Below, in pieces: positions 41,044-54,140 of a stretch of DNA of 64,000 nucleotides. Each line of letters begins with the position of its first letter. Within the stretch, counting starts at the first letter, position 1. The notes below the pieces were generated by a model that made no database searches, was not told the origin of the DNA, and saw nothing but the letters and a program-made list of their open reading frames with translations. A program made the position numbers and the translations under genes. This DNA is from Callorhinchus milii (Eukaryota), in assembly GCF_018977255.1 (NCBI RefSeq), contig NW_024704742.1, positions 97,032,001 to 97,096,000 on the forward strand, given 5' to 3'.

Positions 41044-41290
41044 CCTGCCTGTTCAGGTGGATGTTAAAGATTCCATGACAATATTTCAAAAGAGAAGGGA
41101 GTTTGTCCCAATGTCCTGGCTGACAATCTCCCAGATTAAAATTGGCCACTTCATGGCTGTTTGTGGGACATGGCTGTGTGCAAATTGACTTGCTTTTGCC
41201 TACAGAATACACAGGCACTACAATTCATGTTAAGTCCTGGGAAGTGTTTTAAGACCTCTCTACGTGATGAAGTGCTATATTAAGGGTTAT
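41044..41290 (+). mobile_element. DeuSINE-like 3' half
   Basis: ctgcctgttcaggtggatgttaaagattccatgacaatatttcaaaagagaagggagtttgtcccaatgtcctggc. Confidence 0.72.
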
Positions 41291-41779
41291 ATATATAAGA
41301 ATTATTACAACATTGTTTGTGTTGAAGTGGAGTGCTCACAAGTCGGAGTGATAAGATTCTGGTTACCGACTTGATTCAATATTACAAAAACTACATGATT
41401 CCAGTGATTAAAAATATTTATCCCCAAATAACTCTGCAGTTTCTATTTAAGCACTCTGAGATGCTATCTCGCTAGAAGAGTGCAATATAAATGCATGTTG
41501 TTGTTGTTCATGGAGTTTATTGGCAAAGTGTCTTTAGTTAATTTACAAATTCATGTATTTGGGAATTGAAAAAGTTGTCTCCAAGGTGTTCCAAGCTCAG
41601 AAAAAAAACAGTTATCCCAATTGCTTCTCCAAATGAGGGTGCTAGTTTTACATTGGGCAATGTTGCAACTGCGATTCCCTCACAACCAAAGGATCTGTAT
41701 TGAAGCTCCCCTAATTCATTTCATTTTGAATCCTTCATATTGGTAGGCTGGGTAAATTTTTGCTCCCTAGAGCTAAGGG

Positions 41780-42030
41780 CTATCGTTGTTTAAAAAATTA
41801 AGGGAACTGACAAGCTAGATAGAAATTGAATCCTCCTGATGTTACAGGCATCCAAAACGAGAAAAATAACCTTAAAACTTGAGATGCATAGAAATGAGAT
41901 GAGAACATGTTTCTTAAAACAGAGAATTCTGCGATTGTGGAATTCACTGCCACAGACAGCTGCAGGCGGAAAATTTATTGGGATGTTTAAAAATGGCTAA
42001 ATGTTTGGAAGGTTAAGGGAATTAAGGGAT
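41780..42030 (+). mobile_element. Old CR1 3' fragment upstream of the exon
   Basis: ttgtggaattcactgccacagacagc (LWNSLPQ) and ttaagggaattaaggga. Confidence 0.6.
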
Positions 42031-42273
42031 GGAGTGATACTTGTGGGGAATTGGATTGGCCTGCTGTGATATAATAAAATAGTGGAAAATATCAAATAAT
42101 CTACAAAAGGCAAATAATATGATGCTGTTCAAATGACTTGAACCCAGGTTCTAATAGTGAAAGTGCAGTTTGCTAATATCCAGGCTCCACCAGTTTCTAG
42201 CATGGCTTCCTTTATTAAGGGAAAAGATGTAACTGAATACAATTTAACCTGTTTATCCTTTGCATTGCTTTAG

Positions 42274-42458
42274 GTACTGGTGAAAGTGGCAAGAGCACAT
42301 TCATAAAGCAGATGAGAATCATCCATGGGGATGGGTACTCGGATGAAGATAGAAAATGTTTCACGAAGCTCGTCTATCAGAACATATTTACTGCAATGCA
42401 GGCAATGATCAAAGCCATGGACACACTCCGAATACAATACAAGAATGGGCAAAATGTG
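42274..42458 (+). CDS. GNA14: Internal coding exon (exon 2) of a Gq-family G-protein alpha subunit, most similar to G-alpha-14
   Basis: Polypyrimidine tract plus TAG acceptor (tttatcctttgcattgctttag) and GTAAGA donor. The exon is 185 bp with a phase 1 start and translates (G)[64 protein letters not shown] and TLRIQY match GNA14 as I recall it, rather than GNAQ (DKR, TLKIPY) or GNA11 (DKR, TLKILY). Gq family is certain; the paralog call is less so. Confidence 0.9.
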
Positions 42459-42589
42459 GTAAGAAAAACTATTATGCCACAAAAACATTTAATTCATGAT
42501 CTGCTATTGTACTATTCCTCTTCTGTTACTGAGCCCATCCACTGTGGCAGTGCAGGTTACGTATTGAACAACAGTGATTTATGCTTTGC

Positions 42590-43045
42590 AAATTGGGAAG
42601 ACGTCTCGAAGCACATCTGGAAGCACAGCTGACTAGAAGCCTGAGCTTTGTGTGTGTGTGTGGAGCTGAGCCAGGGGGAGGGGGAAGGTGACCATGGGCC
42701 CGGTCGAAAAGGAAGGTCTTCAGGCGCGACCTGAAGATGGGGAAGGAGGGGGCAAAGTGAAGGGGTTGAGGGAGGGAGTTACAAAGTTTCGGGGCATAGT
42801 GGCTGAAGGCACGGTCGCCGATGGTGGAGCCGAGGATTTGGGAGTCACAGAGGAGGCCGGACCCAGTAGAGTGGAGGCAGCGGGTACTGCTGTGGGGAGA
42901 GAGGAAATTAGAGAGATAGGGGGGGCCAAGGAATGGAGGGATTTAAACACTAGAGTGAGTATCTTGAAGTCGATCTGCTCTGTGGCAGGGAGCCAGTGGA
43001 GTTTGGCAAGGACTGGAGTAATCGGGGTGCAGAGTTTGGTGTGGT
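42590..43045 (-). mobile_element. Older L2 3' fragment just downstream of the exon
   Basis: FKSLHSLAP motif and homology to the L2 3' region. Confidence 0.8.
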
Positions 43046-45283
43046 AAGTTTGATAATAGATGAACTGAATGAATATTCTTGTTGCTACTTTGAATTATGG
43101 CAACAAGTTCATATTTCGAAGTGCCGAACTGAGCAAACTGAAGGATTATCAATGACACATGGAGGAAGAGTGACGTGGAGAGTTTCTGGTGAGCTGCTGA
43201 TACTAGGCTCTTCTGGGCCAGACTGACAGAGGAGACTGACGACAGGATAAGGGAAGCTGATGAGTTTGAGACTTGTTAGGAGCTGCTAGAGAGAGAAATC
43301 AGCAGCAGATCATTTTTAAAAGGACACGAAGGAGGATATTAATGCTATGCTCATTTTTTTAAAATGACAAATAGCAAAGTAAAACAGGAATGCAGCAAGA
43401 TATGATGAGACAAAGAAAGGGTTGATCACAATTAACGTGGAGTTCGGTGATGGACAGAGATACACTGCCTTGTGACATTGAGCTGAACAGGGCAATTCCA
43501 GGTTTGATCTTTGCTCTTTGTTGAGTCAGCCAGGGCAGCGGGTGGGCAGTCATGGTTAGTGGTGGTGGTGGTGGAGAGAATTTTTGGTCAAGCGGGTGTC
43601 TGACATAGTTAGTAGGAGGATTTCCTCTTCCAAGTGACAGGTCTGCCCTTCCAAGCGCTGCTGATGAGCCAGGCAAACACTGTGCTGTCATCAACAGTGT
43701 CCTGGAATACTACGGACCCGCCTGGCTCAGAGGCTGCCTCCGTTACCAAACATCACACTTTGGAGCCAGCTCTGAGGAGACCTCACTTACCACCCCCCTC
43801 CCCCCACCACCCCCAAGGATAGTTGAGCCCTCACTCAAATTTGAGCCCTCACTTGGTGGATGAGGGATAATACAATCATATTTGTATGATTGTAGGGCCT
43901 TGGGACTTCCTCCTGACATGAAAGGCGCTCTATACATGTAATTTTGTTGTTAATGTTGTTATTTTTAACATCCCTTAAAAGGTTACAAATTTCTCGTTGG
44001 TTCCAGTTGCCATCTCTTTCAATCTGAGGATTGGGACCAAATGTTTCAATCAGCTGGTCTTGAACATTAGCTGCTCAGTTTCTCTCTGGCCTTTTTAAAC
44101 GTTGATACAGTCAATGAGCATGAGGAATTATTTGAAAACAAAGAAACTCATGTCCATCAATTCATCTGACAATTGCTCGGAATGGCCAAGAAAGCTTGTG
44201 AAATCTGAACCTATTGCAAAGCCCTACAGTGCTTCCAATGAGCTCCTTTTGAATGTGCTTTGCTGATAAATTGTGGGCACCAGGAACCACAGTATGATTT
44301 TGTTACAGTTCACTTGTAACAGAAGAGCAACAGAAAAATCATGCTTTTAGAAGCCGCCTGGCTCCTGCTATTTTCTTTGACTTGGCGTCAGCAAGTGTTG
44401 ACCCAGTTTAGAAGTCTGCTGCTACCACTGGGAGTGACGCACGGCTTTATATTCTAGACGGGCTCTGTGTTTGAAGCTGAACGTGACATCAAGAAATCCA
44501 TAAAATAAAATTTCACACAGAGAGTTTTTGCTGGGTAGGTTTAAGGAAAAAAAAATCCTTTTGTCCCCTATTTTTTTTCTCATGTCACACTCTGCAGATT
44601 TCTTTCTGAGACTGACTTCACGCCAATTCACTCATCTACAGTTTTCTTTATACTCCGTTCAGCACTGTGTATAGATTTGTTTAATTCCAAATGAAAATAT
44701 AATAATCATTGCATTTGTTATTACGCCGTATAACATTGCAATGTCTCTTCACTGCAATGTGTATTTATTGTGTCTTTGAAAACAGACATGGCAATCAATT
44801 TGCATATAGCAATAGCCACACAAACAGCCATCTATCTCCTGACCAGTGATACCACTGCATGTGCATAGAAAGGCAGCTCTCTCCATCGGAATGTACTGTA
44901 CATCAAATCCAATTGTTTAATCACTCCGCTCCTTACCTCTGGAATTACAAAACATCTTCTTTATAAAAGAAGATCAATCAATCATCATCTCACTGCTGTT
45001 TGCGGGACCTCGCTGCTGCTGATGAGCCGTGGGCCACATGACATAACAGTTTAAAGTTTAGCCATTATTCCTTTTTTCTTGTTTGATGATACTTAAAACT
45101 GTTTTGTAGATATGATCAGTTCTTAATGTTGCCTGAATTTACATTTGTTGGTGAAATGTAACTTTGATACTCCAAACATATAAACATTGCAACCATTGTC
45201 ACAAGGATATTTTGGGGAGTAGCTGATGAATTTTCCTCCCAGTTTTTCCCTGTCAAATATTATCCTCTCCAACTCTTCTGAAA

Positions 45284-45922
45284 CAACAACAACAACAAGA
45301 TTTCATTTATAGAGCGCCTTTCACGTCGGGAGGACGTCCCAAAGTGCTTGACAATTGGGGTCAGGACCCGAACAGGGGAAATGGTCAGGGTGAGGGGAGG
45401 GAAGGGAGGGAGCGAGGAGGGGGTAGAGAGTCGAGAGGGGAGCTGAAGGCACGGTCAAAGAGAAAGGTCTTGAGACCGGCCTTGAAGGAGGAAAGGGAGG
45501 AGGCGGCGAAGGCACTGGGGGATGGAGTTCCAGAGCCTAGGGGCTGAGAGGCTGAAGGCCCGGCCACCGATGGTAGGGCGGTTGGGGCGGGGGATGTGGA
45601 GCAGATCGGAGCCAGAGGACCGGAGGGTACGGGCAGGTAAGTAGGGGGATAGTAGGTCGGAGAGGTAGGAGGGAGCAAGGCCGTGAATGGCCTTGTAGGT
45701 GAGGATGAGGATCTTGAATTCGATCCTCTTGGGGATGGGAAGCCAGTGGAGGCGAGCGAGGGTGGGAGCGATGTGGTCGTGAAGCCTGGTGCGGGACAGT
45801 ACACGAGCTGCAGAGTTCTGAATGACCTGCAGCTTGTGGAGGGAGATCCCGGGAAGGCCGGCGAGAAGAGAGATCCCGTAGTCCAGCCTTGAGGTGATAA
45901 AGGCATGGACCAGAGTTTCAGC
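45284..45922 (-). mobile_element. Young L2-clade LINE 3' fragment
   Basis: Near-identical to 54360-55000, with an (AAC)n tail. TSD tctgaaa at 45277-45283 and 45923-45929. Confidence 0.95.
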
Positions 45923-46647
45923 TCTGAAAGCATTTCAACCCCTTATTCCTTCTACTGGTTCCACCCATATTTTCTGAGATATAATTCAATCTTTATAAAA
46001 CATTCAACATGAGAAACATGTCAGAAGGCAAGTAAAAAGCATTCACATGCAACACTTGACTGTGACATAACCTTTAGTGATCTTGTTTACAAATACATTT
46101 CATTATGCAGAGGGTATTAAAATGACTGAAACAGGTTACTAGGAAAGATTGTGGAGACCCGGACACTGAATTCATTTAAAATGCAGCTTCAGTGCTATGA
46201 TGGGAGTGAGGATCAATAGGTGGATTTTCTAGAAGGATGAGATAGAATGGGCCGAAGGGTCTTCTTCATCCAAACCAATCTTAATAATAAGAATAATTCT
46301 TGCATGTGGTATAGCGCCGTATCACATCATTGCACCGACTCAAAGCCCTTCAAGGAATATATTGTAAAGTGGAGTGCCTGTGTATTATGTGGGTGAAATG
46401 TTAATCGTGATCACAATGTTGATCAGCTAACACCATTTTGATCAGGAATGGATCTGGGGTTCTTTCCAGTTTGATTGACTAGGTATTGCACTATACAGTG
46501 TATTTAACCATGTGTTTTTAATATTTCTAAGATATGCAGTGCATTTTTTAAAAATTTAAAAATTAGGTACTTATTCAAACTTTTATTCAAACAACTTAAA
46601 TTTTCGTATTCAAATCCATTACAATACAGCTTGNAAAAAATTAGATT

Positions 46648-46985
46648 AGGGGAAGCCCTGCTGGTACAGTGGAGAGAGCTACAATTTACAGACCAGGAGT
46701 TTGCTGCTTTGAATTATGCTCGGTTTGCTGGTCTCAGCCAGGGCTATGTGGGAAGCCACCAGTGTTAGGGAGGAGAAAAACAGAAAGGGTTTCTGCTCCT
46801 GGTCCTCTAAAGCACCATCTACTGGTTGAAGCAACAGTGTGAAGAGAGGTCAAGCTTGGCTGTGATGCCATCTGTAGTCGAGGGGGCCTGCCGACACTCA
46901 CTGCCAAGACTAACACATGAATATTGGCCCTTGGGCAGGTCACCGGAGAGCAACCAGTGCTGCTGAAAGCAACTGGGGACCAGAG
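46648..46985 (+). mobile_element. Old SINE-like element (third family)
   Basis: Shares segments with 510-590, 15960-16090(-), 16610-16790(-), 34045-34110, 43465-43550 and 49630-49775(-). Confidence 0.5.
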
Positions 46986-47859
46986 GTTTTAGAAATCAGA
47001 AGAAAATTAGAAATTAATTGGATTTTAACTTATTTAAGAGAAAATCAACTACAGACGGATCATAAAATGTGTGAAAAAGGGAAAAACTTATATTGCTTTC
47101 TGCCAAATTCTGTTCACAAAATTCTTAAAAAGTTGTGACCGGTTGACATAATAATAATAATCCTTGCATTTGATATAGCCCTTTTCACGTCTTCTAGACG
47201 TCTCAAAGCGCTTGAATTGGAAAGAGCTGGCCTATGTGCATTTGTGTGATTGGACCATTTATTTCAGAACATGTCCAACACTTGGAACGGATTAAGAATA
47301 CTTGTGGCTTTGAAGTACTAAGAACTGGCAGTGCTCTATTGAGGGCGTTTGCTGCTGTTATTGGGAGATAGCTGTCTGACACTTATACAGATTGTGGAAT
47401 GCCAAAGAAAAGAACATTTTCAGATGTGGCAGTGCACATTGTAATTGGCTTAATTATCAAAACGCCTCCTCCTTCCACACCACATGGAATTTTTGGTATC
47501 ATCCAGTACATTAGACTGACCTGAATTGTACTAACTGAGCACATTTTTGATAGAACACATTTTTATTTAAAATAAATTCCAAACGTGTTCAACAGGAATC
47601 CCAGAGAGTACAGGATAAATCCATCACAACATGGGTTTGTTTGCAATTGGCTTGTGGGCTCGTAACATTCTCTTACCAAAAGTCCAAAATTGTGCCACCC
47701 ATATCTGACGTGGCACTTCAGATCTTGTCAGCAGAATAATGCGATTTGAAGTGTGGTCCAACTGATGGAGAAAAGCAAATGATGAAAGCTTTTCTTTCCT
47801 TGGCTTTCTGTGTGCATGTGGTCATGAGATTGATGACGTCATGATACAGAAGTGCTGAC

Positions 47860-48189
47860 CTGCAGCCACTGTTAAGAGCACTCGTCTCACAAGTGAGAGG
47901 ATCTGAGTTTGATTCCTGGGCTGAGCAAGTTTCATTATTCCACATGCCTCTGTTTACTAAGCAGTAATAGGAATCCTGTTAGTCGATTGGCGGATCGCTT
48001 TCCGGGGTCATAATCCCTCCAAAATTCCTCAATCCATGACTCTGGGACACTTCTGTGTACAATTGGCTGCCACGTTTCATCCACAAAATACACAGCCAAT
48101 CCACTTTACAACATATTCTGTTAAGCGATTTGAGACCCCTCAACAACCTGATAAGGCGCTATATCAAATGCAATGATTATTATTATTAT
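47860..48189 (+). mobile_element. tRNA-derived SINE (first of a tandem pair)
   Basis: Degenerate head, shared body and (att)n tail. Confidence 0.85.
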
Positions 48190-48226
48190 AAAGCGGGCTG
48201 GGATTCAGGAAACAGCAATTATGAAT

Positions 48227-48597
48227 GTGGAGTCCGGTAGCTTAGTGGTTTGAGCACTCGCCTCGCAAGCGAGAGGACCTGGGTTTTATTCCCGGACAGA
48301 GCGAAATGTTGGGCAAGTTACTCCACATGCCTCTGTTCACCTAGCAGTAAGTGGGAACCCGGTTGTTAGTCAATTGGTGGATCGCTTTTCTGGGGTTAAT
48401 AAACTGTTCAAATAAAAAATAATAATGATTTGATCACTCAATCCACGACTGTTTGTGGGAACTGCTGTGCACAATTGGCTGTTGCGTTTCACCCACAAAA
48501 TATAGAGTCAATTCACTTTACAGTATATTCTGTGAAGCTTTTTGAGATGTCTCGAAGACGTGATAAGGCATTATATCAAATGCAAGGTTTATTATTT
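48227..48597 (+). mobile_element. tRNA(Ala)-like SINE (second of a tandem pair)
   Basis: gtggagtccggtagcttagtgg..ctcgcctcgcaagcgag head and SINE tail. Confidence 0.9.
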
Positions 48598-50669
48598 AGG
48601 AAAGTGAATGAAAGATGCACGTTGTTCATTAATGATGCTGTTAAGCGCACAGGACTCCTTTAATGTGGCGCACATATAACAATTGTTAAGATTCTTACTT
48701 GTTGTACAATATAACAGAACAAGCTAACGATCCTCCAAATTATTTGATGAACATTCACTTTAAGGCTGTTTGTGGGGCATTGCTGTGTGCAAATGGCTGC
48801 CATGTTTATCTGCAAAATATAACCGTTACATTGAAATAGCAATTACAGTACTTGTGAAGTGCTTCAAGACATGTTGACATGATAAGGCGCTGTATTAAAT
48901 GCAATGATTATTATTTAGGAAAGTGAATGAAAGGTGGGCATTTACTAAATGTAAAGTTCTGCTGGTTGAATTAATAATGATGAAAGAAAAGATCTAAAAA
49001 CAACTGGCATTGAGTTGTATGGTAAGATCCCTGAATTGTAATTCTCTTTTTTTAAATAATGAGCCGGCACTACTACTTGTTTAATTGAGTAGTCAACTGA
49101 GACGGCAAAGAAAGCTAGGAGTGCGGAGTGACAATAGGTCAGCACTTGGTAAGCTCGGATTGTGGAGCTGCCTTGTTAGAAGAGAGTGTTCACCATCTGA
49201 AGATTAGGCTAACGCTGTATCTCCACATTCAGTACCATGGAGCCAGCGAGACGTGCCATTCATTATTACACTGTCAGTCATTGTTCAGAACACCTTAAAT
49301 GTCCCCAAAAATGAAACCCAAAGAGTATAAATGATAACCCTGCAGGCTAGTTGCGGGCAGTTTGTTTTGAAGAAATTGTTTCAGTCTCTATGGAGACAGA
49401 CGATGGGTGAAAAATGATATGGTGAAAAAATGGTTACTGTGTTTTCTCTCCACCCTCGTTTTTTTTCCACTCTGTTGAGCGTTCCACTGGCAAATGTGAC
49501 ATTTGTCCAAATAACCATGTTTGAACCTTGCCAGCAAGTGCCATCATACGATATACTTATATGTATGTGTGTCTATATGTGTGTGTGTGTGTCTGCCTGT
49601 GTGGCTTGTTTGTTCGTGGAGGTAGGGAGGACAATCATAAATGAGCCCAATCCTGCTCTTTGCAGGAGAGGCTACTGATGAGGTCAATTATAGTTCCTCA
49701 AATGTTTCTTAACTGGCATCAGGCAACTCAGCACGGACCTGGGATTTAATCTAGAACATTCCTGGTCTGTGTCCTCAAGGAATAAAATGGTAGAACTTCC
49801 CTGATCTTTTTTCAGTGTGGTGCCATTATGTCTGAAGCAAAACTGGCTGAGGAAATTTAAAAGAAAGAAATGAAATTCCGGTCATTGAAATGAAACTAGA
49901 GGAAGATGACAGACAAATTGCGGGTTTTATACCCAGTTAAAACTCACACTGACCCCTTAACTGACAGATTGAAAGTGACCATTTGGAAAGGAAGCAATAA
50001 TTGAAGTGCAATTTAACCAAATTTGGTTATAAATTCTCGCTCTGTATGTGGTCCTCAACTGGTTCTTCTTAACGTTCTGTGGTTAATGCTGTTAAAGTGT
50101 CCTTAAAACTAATCGCGGCATGGCTGAACACAGCTATGGCTGTGTATCTTGGCAGAGTACCAAGTACACCAGGTGTAGAAACTGGTTACATCATCTGCTA
50201 GGATCATTTTCATTCCATTACCATGTGTCCAAGCACCTAGAATGGCAAAGATATTTTTGTAGAATGGTTCAAGTCATGAAGTCTACAGTATGGTTCATTG
50301 AATCCTCAGCCAAAATGATATCTGCAATTAGCAGTTAGCAGAGTGGTATCTGACATGGAGAATTATATGAGGCACTAGCGTCTTGGGAAATCCTCCCAAC
50401 GTGAAAGGAGCTCTACAAATGTAATTTGTTGTGACTAGGCTCCCACTGATACTTTTTAGGGTGCAAAAAAATGAAGAGTCAATGAACTAGACAGCCACTG
50501 AAGTTGCAGGTGTAAGTACTGCAAAGAATATGAAGGTAATGCCAAGAGGGGTAGGTTTTAAATCAGCTGGTACAGACAGGCAAGGTGATGCACAAAGGCA
50601 AGATAGGTTTCAGAAATTCAATAAATGTTACTCGGATTCATAGAAAGCTTCTTTCGCTGATGTCCCAAT

Positions 50670-51090
50670 TCCAACCTGACCTAACTTGCCAAAGTTCTGG
50701 AATGTGTTGTCGCTAACCAGCTTTGCTCTCACCTCTCGGTCCACTCCCTCCTCGAGCCCCTGCAATCTGGTTTCTGTCCTGCCCATAGCACAGAGATGGT
50801 GCTTGTCAAGGTCACAAACGACATCCTCTCTCTCTGTGACCAGGGCTACCTTTGCCTCCTCATCCTCCTGGTCCTCTCCACCACGTTCGACACAGTCGAC
50901 CATGCCATCCTCTTCCACCACCTCTCCCCTATCACCCACTTCAGTGGGACCTCATTATCCTGGTTCCTTGTAAACTGACTTCATTTTGTCTCTTCAAATG
51001 GTTTCTCCTCCCACTACCACTCAGTCACCTGTGGGGTACCCCGGGTCTCCGTCCTTGGCCCCCTCATCTTCGTCATCTATATGCTCTCTT
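50670..51090 (+). mobile_element. L2 RT-domain fragment
   Basis: LVKVTNDIL..LILLVLSTTFDTVDHAIL, and a frameshifted GVP-G-VLGPL segment. Confidence 0.85.
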
Positions 51091-53883
51091 GGCGATGTCT
51101 TTTCTATCAATTGTTTTCTCCTTTCTAACATTGAGATAGCAGCATATGAGTTTGACTATTAAATTATGGTCTTGCCTGCAAGCCACATCCTGTCCGTGAC
51201 AGTAAAATAACTGGCTGCTTTTGTTCTCATGTGGTTCTGGCAGTAAACTGAATGTTGACACCACAGGTATAGTAGTTTGCATTGCCTCTCCACTCGGACT
51301 TCAAACCATATTAAAGATTACAGTCACAATCTGAAATAGTTTAAAATTTGTGGAAAGAATTGTATACTTTTTGAAAGTATTTGATGTGTTGGAAAGGGTG
51401 GGGTGGGAGGGGGGGCCACTTCTGAAATTTCTCATGATCATTTAGAAGTGGTTTGTTCCTTGCAAGAGTACCGTCAGTGAATTCTATGCTTTTTGCTTTT
51501 GCATACAAAGTACACAATTGTTCACATTTTTACAGTATATTCTGTGAAGCACTTTAAAACGTTCTCCACTCGTGAAAGGCCCTATATCAAATGTAAGTAT
51601 TATTATTATATCAGAAGGTGATTGCGGAGATGGCTGAAATATTTTCCTTGTAGCGTCCACCTTTACTAATGTAGGTGCTTATCAGGGTGATATCTAATTG
51701 AATGCAGACGAAACACAATCTTCTTACTGGCCTGCTTGCCTTGTGAGGATCTTAAGCTGAATGAAACAATAACAGTTTTGCAGTTGATGAGACGCAAAGA
51801 AAAGTTGGAAGCTTGTTCGGCATATTTCCATTTAAAAATAAATACATTTAACTAATGGGTGTAACACATTTGTAAAGCAGTTTGGTCCAAACCACCTGTT
51901 ATGTGTTATGTATTATGTTAATTATAGCTGGATAAAGTGGGCCAACTATGCCAGATGATTTAACTTCTACTTGGAATTGAGAGTATTTGCCAAACCGAGC
52001 TACTGTTTTGATTCCTGGGGGAACAAAACCTTAGGTAAATCCAAACAAAGATTATTGAAATGGGCAGTAGAACATATAGCATGTGCTATTCCCTGGCAGG
52101 AGATGGGAAGCCTGGTGAAAGAGCCTGTTCTTTTCGTGCTGCAACCACTTTTTTCTCTCTACACTTTCAGTGTATGATTCTGCTGCATGCTAACATCTTG
52201 ACTTGGCTGCTGGCTCCAATCAATCACTTGTATTGATTTAAGATGGCCCTCATTGCCTTCTTGCCAGTTTCTACACTGTATTGGCTTAATGATGTGTGGA
52301 GCTGAATGAGCAAAAATATTTGTTTGAAATAAGAACCGCTCATCTTGAACCATATTCTTGGCATAATCTATTATTCATATTCTTGGCATGAAAGACTCAA
52401 AAGCAATAGTTTCTCTCTTCTCTCCCCCAGCATTCCAAATGATCATTTTTAAGTATAAATATATGTCCAGTGGAGCCCTGTTACAACATGACTGTCAGGG
52501 TCCTTAAAATCCCAGTCAGTGTTATAAGGGAATAAAATTAACTGTCAGCTCTTTTGCATTCACTGGGTGCAGAAAGCTGACCAGCTTCCCATAGTAAAAG
52601 AAGGCAGACCTCTTGTTTATCAGGTTGCTGCTATCATCACTAAGTGATGAGAGCAGCAGCGTGAAGTTTGTAAAGTTGCTCACTGCTATGTCTGCAGGAA
52701 AATGTATTGAGGTCTAAATCACGATATGATGAACAGGAATTGTCAGTGCAGTGCAGTCCCGATACAACACAATGCTTTGCAGCCATTAACTCAGATTACA
52801 GCATTAACATGAGCATGAAGAAATGGCTGGCTGAAACGGTGGTCAGGTTGTTGCTTATGCCACTTCGTCTGTGCTGGACATACAAGCTGATAAGAAAGAC
52901 TTTGGGAGGTCTGTTCCAGAAGCAAATGTGTACTACGTTTCTGGTAATTGTGGGTCCACAGGAGATCTGTGTTATAATCAAACTTGAGCTCCAGCCAGGC
53001 ATTTAATAACAGGATGGCCCAGTGGGTAATTTGCTGGTAAGTCAAAATTGCCACATACTGACCTATAAGAACTCAGAGACACAATCTATTTCTAGTTACC
53101 AGAGTTCACACAGGTTGGAGTGAGCCAACTTGGTTACCAAACAAATATTGAATTTGAAACCCAATTGATTAACTTTCAACAAATGTAATTTTTGTAGTAA
53201 AGAAGCTACAAAAATTGTTCTAATCGTTAATTTAAACTGAGTAAATACAGACTAGAAATAGTCTCACATACTGTATTCCTGGAGTTAACAGATTGGTCTT
53301 GGGCTTTTGATTCTGTTGATGATATACATACATCTACCGTCCTTAAAGAGCTGTGCGTTTTACATTTGTGGTTCTGGCCGTATCTCGTCTCCACCAAGAA
53401 CCACAATTTCTATAACTACATGTACAGAATTGAGTTTGGGTCATAAAGGGGCAGCTACAGTTTTGCATTGTTTTAATTCAGGACCTGATGTGGATTTCAG
53501 AATCAGTCTTGAATACAGCTACAGACAGTTTTTATTATTTTCTCAGCTTTTAAGTAACATCACCATAGATGGTTACTCAGATTAATCAGAAAACGAGAAT
53601 GTGCACTGAGTGAAACACATTACAGATGACTCATTTGTATGGAACGTCTTTATTCTCCTCTTTCCCTCCCTCCCATCCCCACCCCCCCTGACCTATTAAG
53701 TCAGGTCAACACCCAGTCAGTGTAGCATTGAAAGCCTGCGATCGTGACTATAAGGTAATAATTTACATAATGAGAATTCAGGGATCATAAATGCTTTTGT
53801 CAATCCATTATTGACTGGTTCAGAGGTGACATAAACTGGACAATTCAGGGCAATTGATCGAATTCAATGTGCATGGAATCTCT

Positions 53884-54140
53884 GGGGAGAAATTCCACTT
53901 GGGTCTCGGTTTCCTTTATTTACTATGCTTCTGAGTGTCCAGAATTTAGCAAATTTTGAAATATAGTTTTAATGTTGAAGCTTCTATTTTAAACTTATTT
54001 TACAGTTTTATGCTATTTTACAACATTTAAGAACTACAGAAAGCTGACCTAAAAGTTAAGAAGGAATTCAACGATTTGCCAAATTCTGCATGTTCTGAAA
54101 TGCTTAAGAGCAAATCTAGACCCAGGTGGAATTTTTCCTC
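53884..54140. mobile_element. MITE-like palindromic element (~257 bp)
   Basis: TIRs ggggagaaattccacttgggtct / agacccaggtggaatttttcctc (20/23), plus inner inverted arms at ~53929-53962 and ~54066-54099. Confidence 0.6.

Noticed and set aside
42312..42632. 106-aa ORF as a standalone gene
   Set aside because: G-alpha similarity starts upstream of the Met and stops at the GT donor at 42459; the rest is intron read-through.
45321..45933. Pro/Ser-rich ORFs recurring at 18 kb, 45 kb and 54 kb
   Set aside because: Alternative frames of the GC-rich L2 3' region.
46634..46634. Single N base
   Set aside because: Assembly ambiguity or possible contig join. It is not biology, but contiguity here is uncertain.
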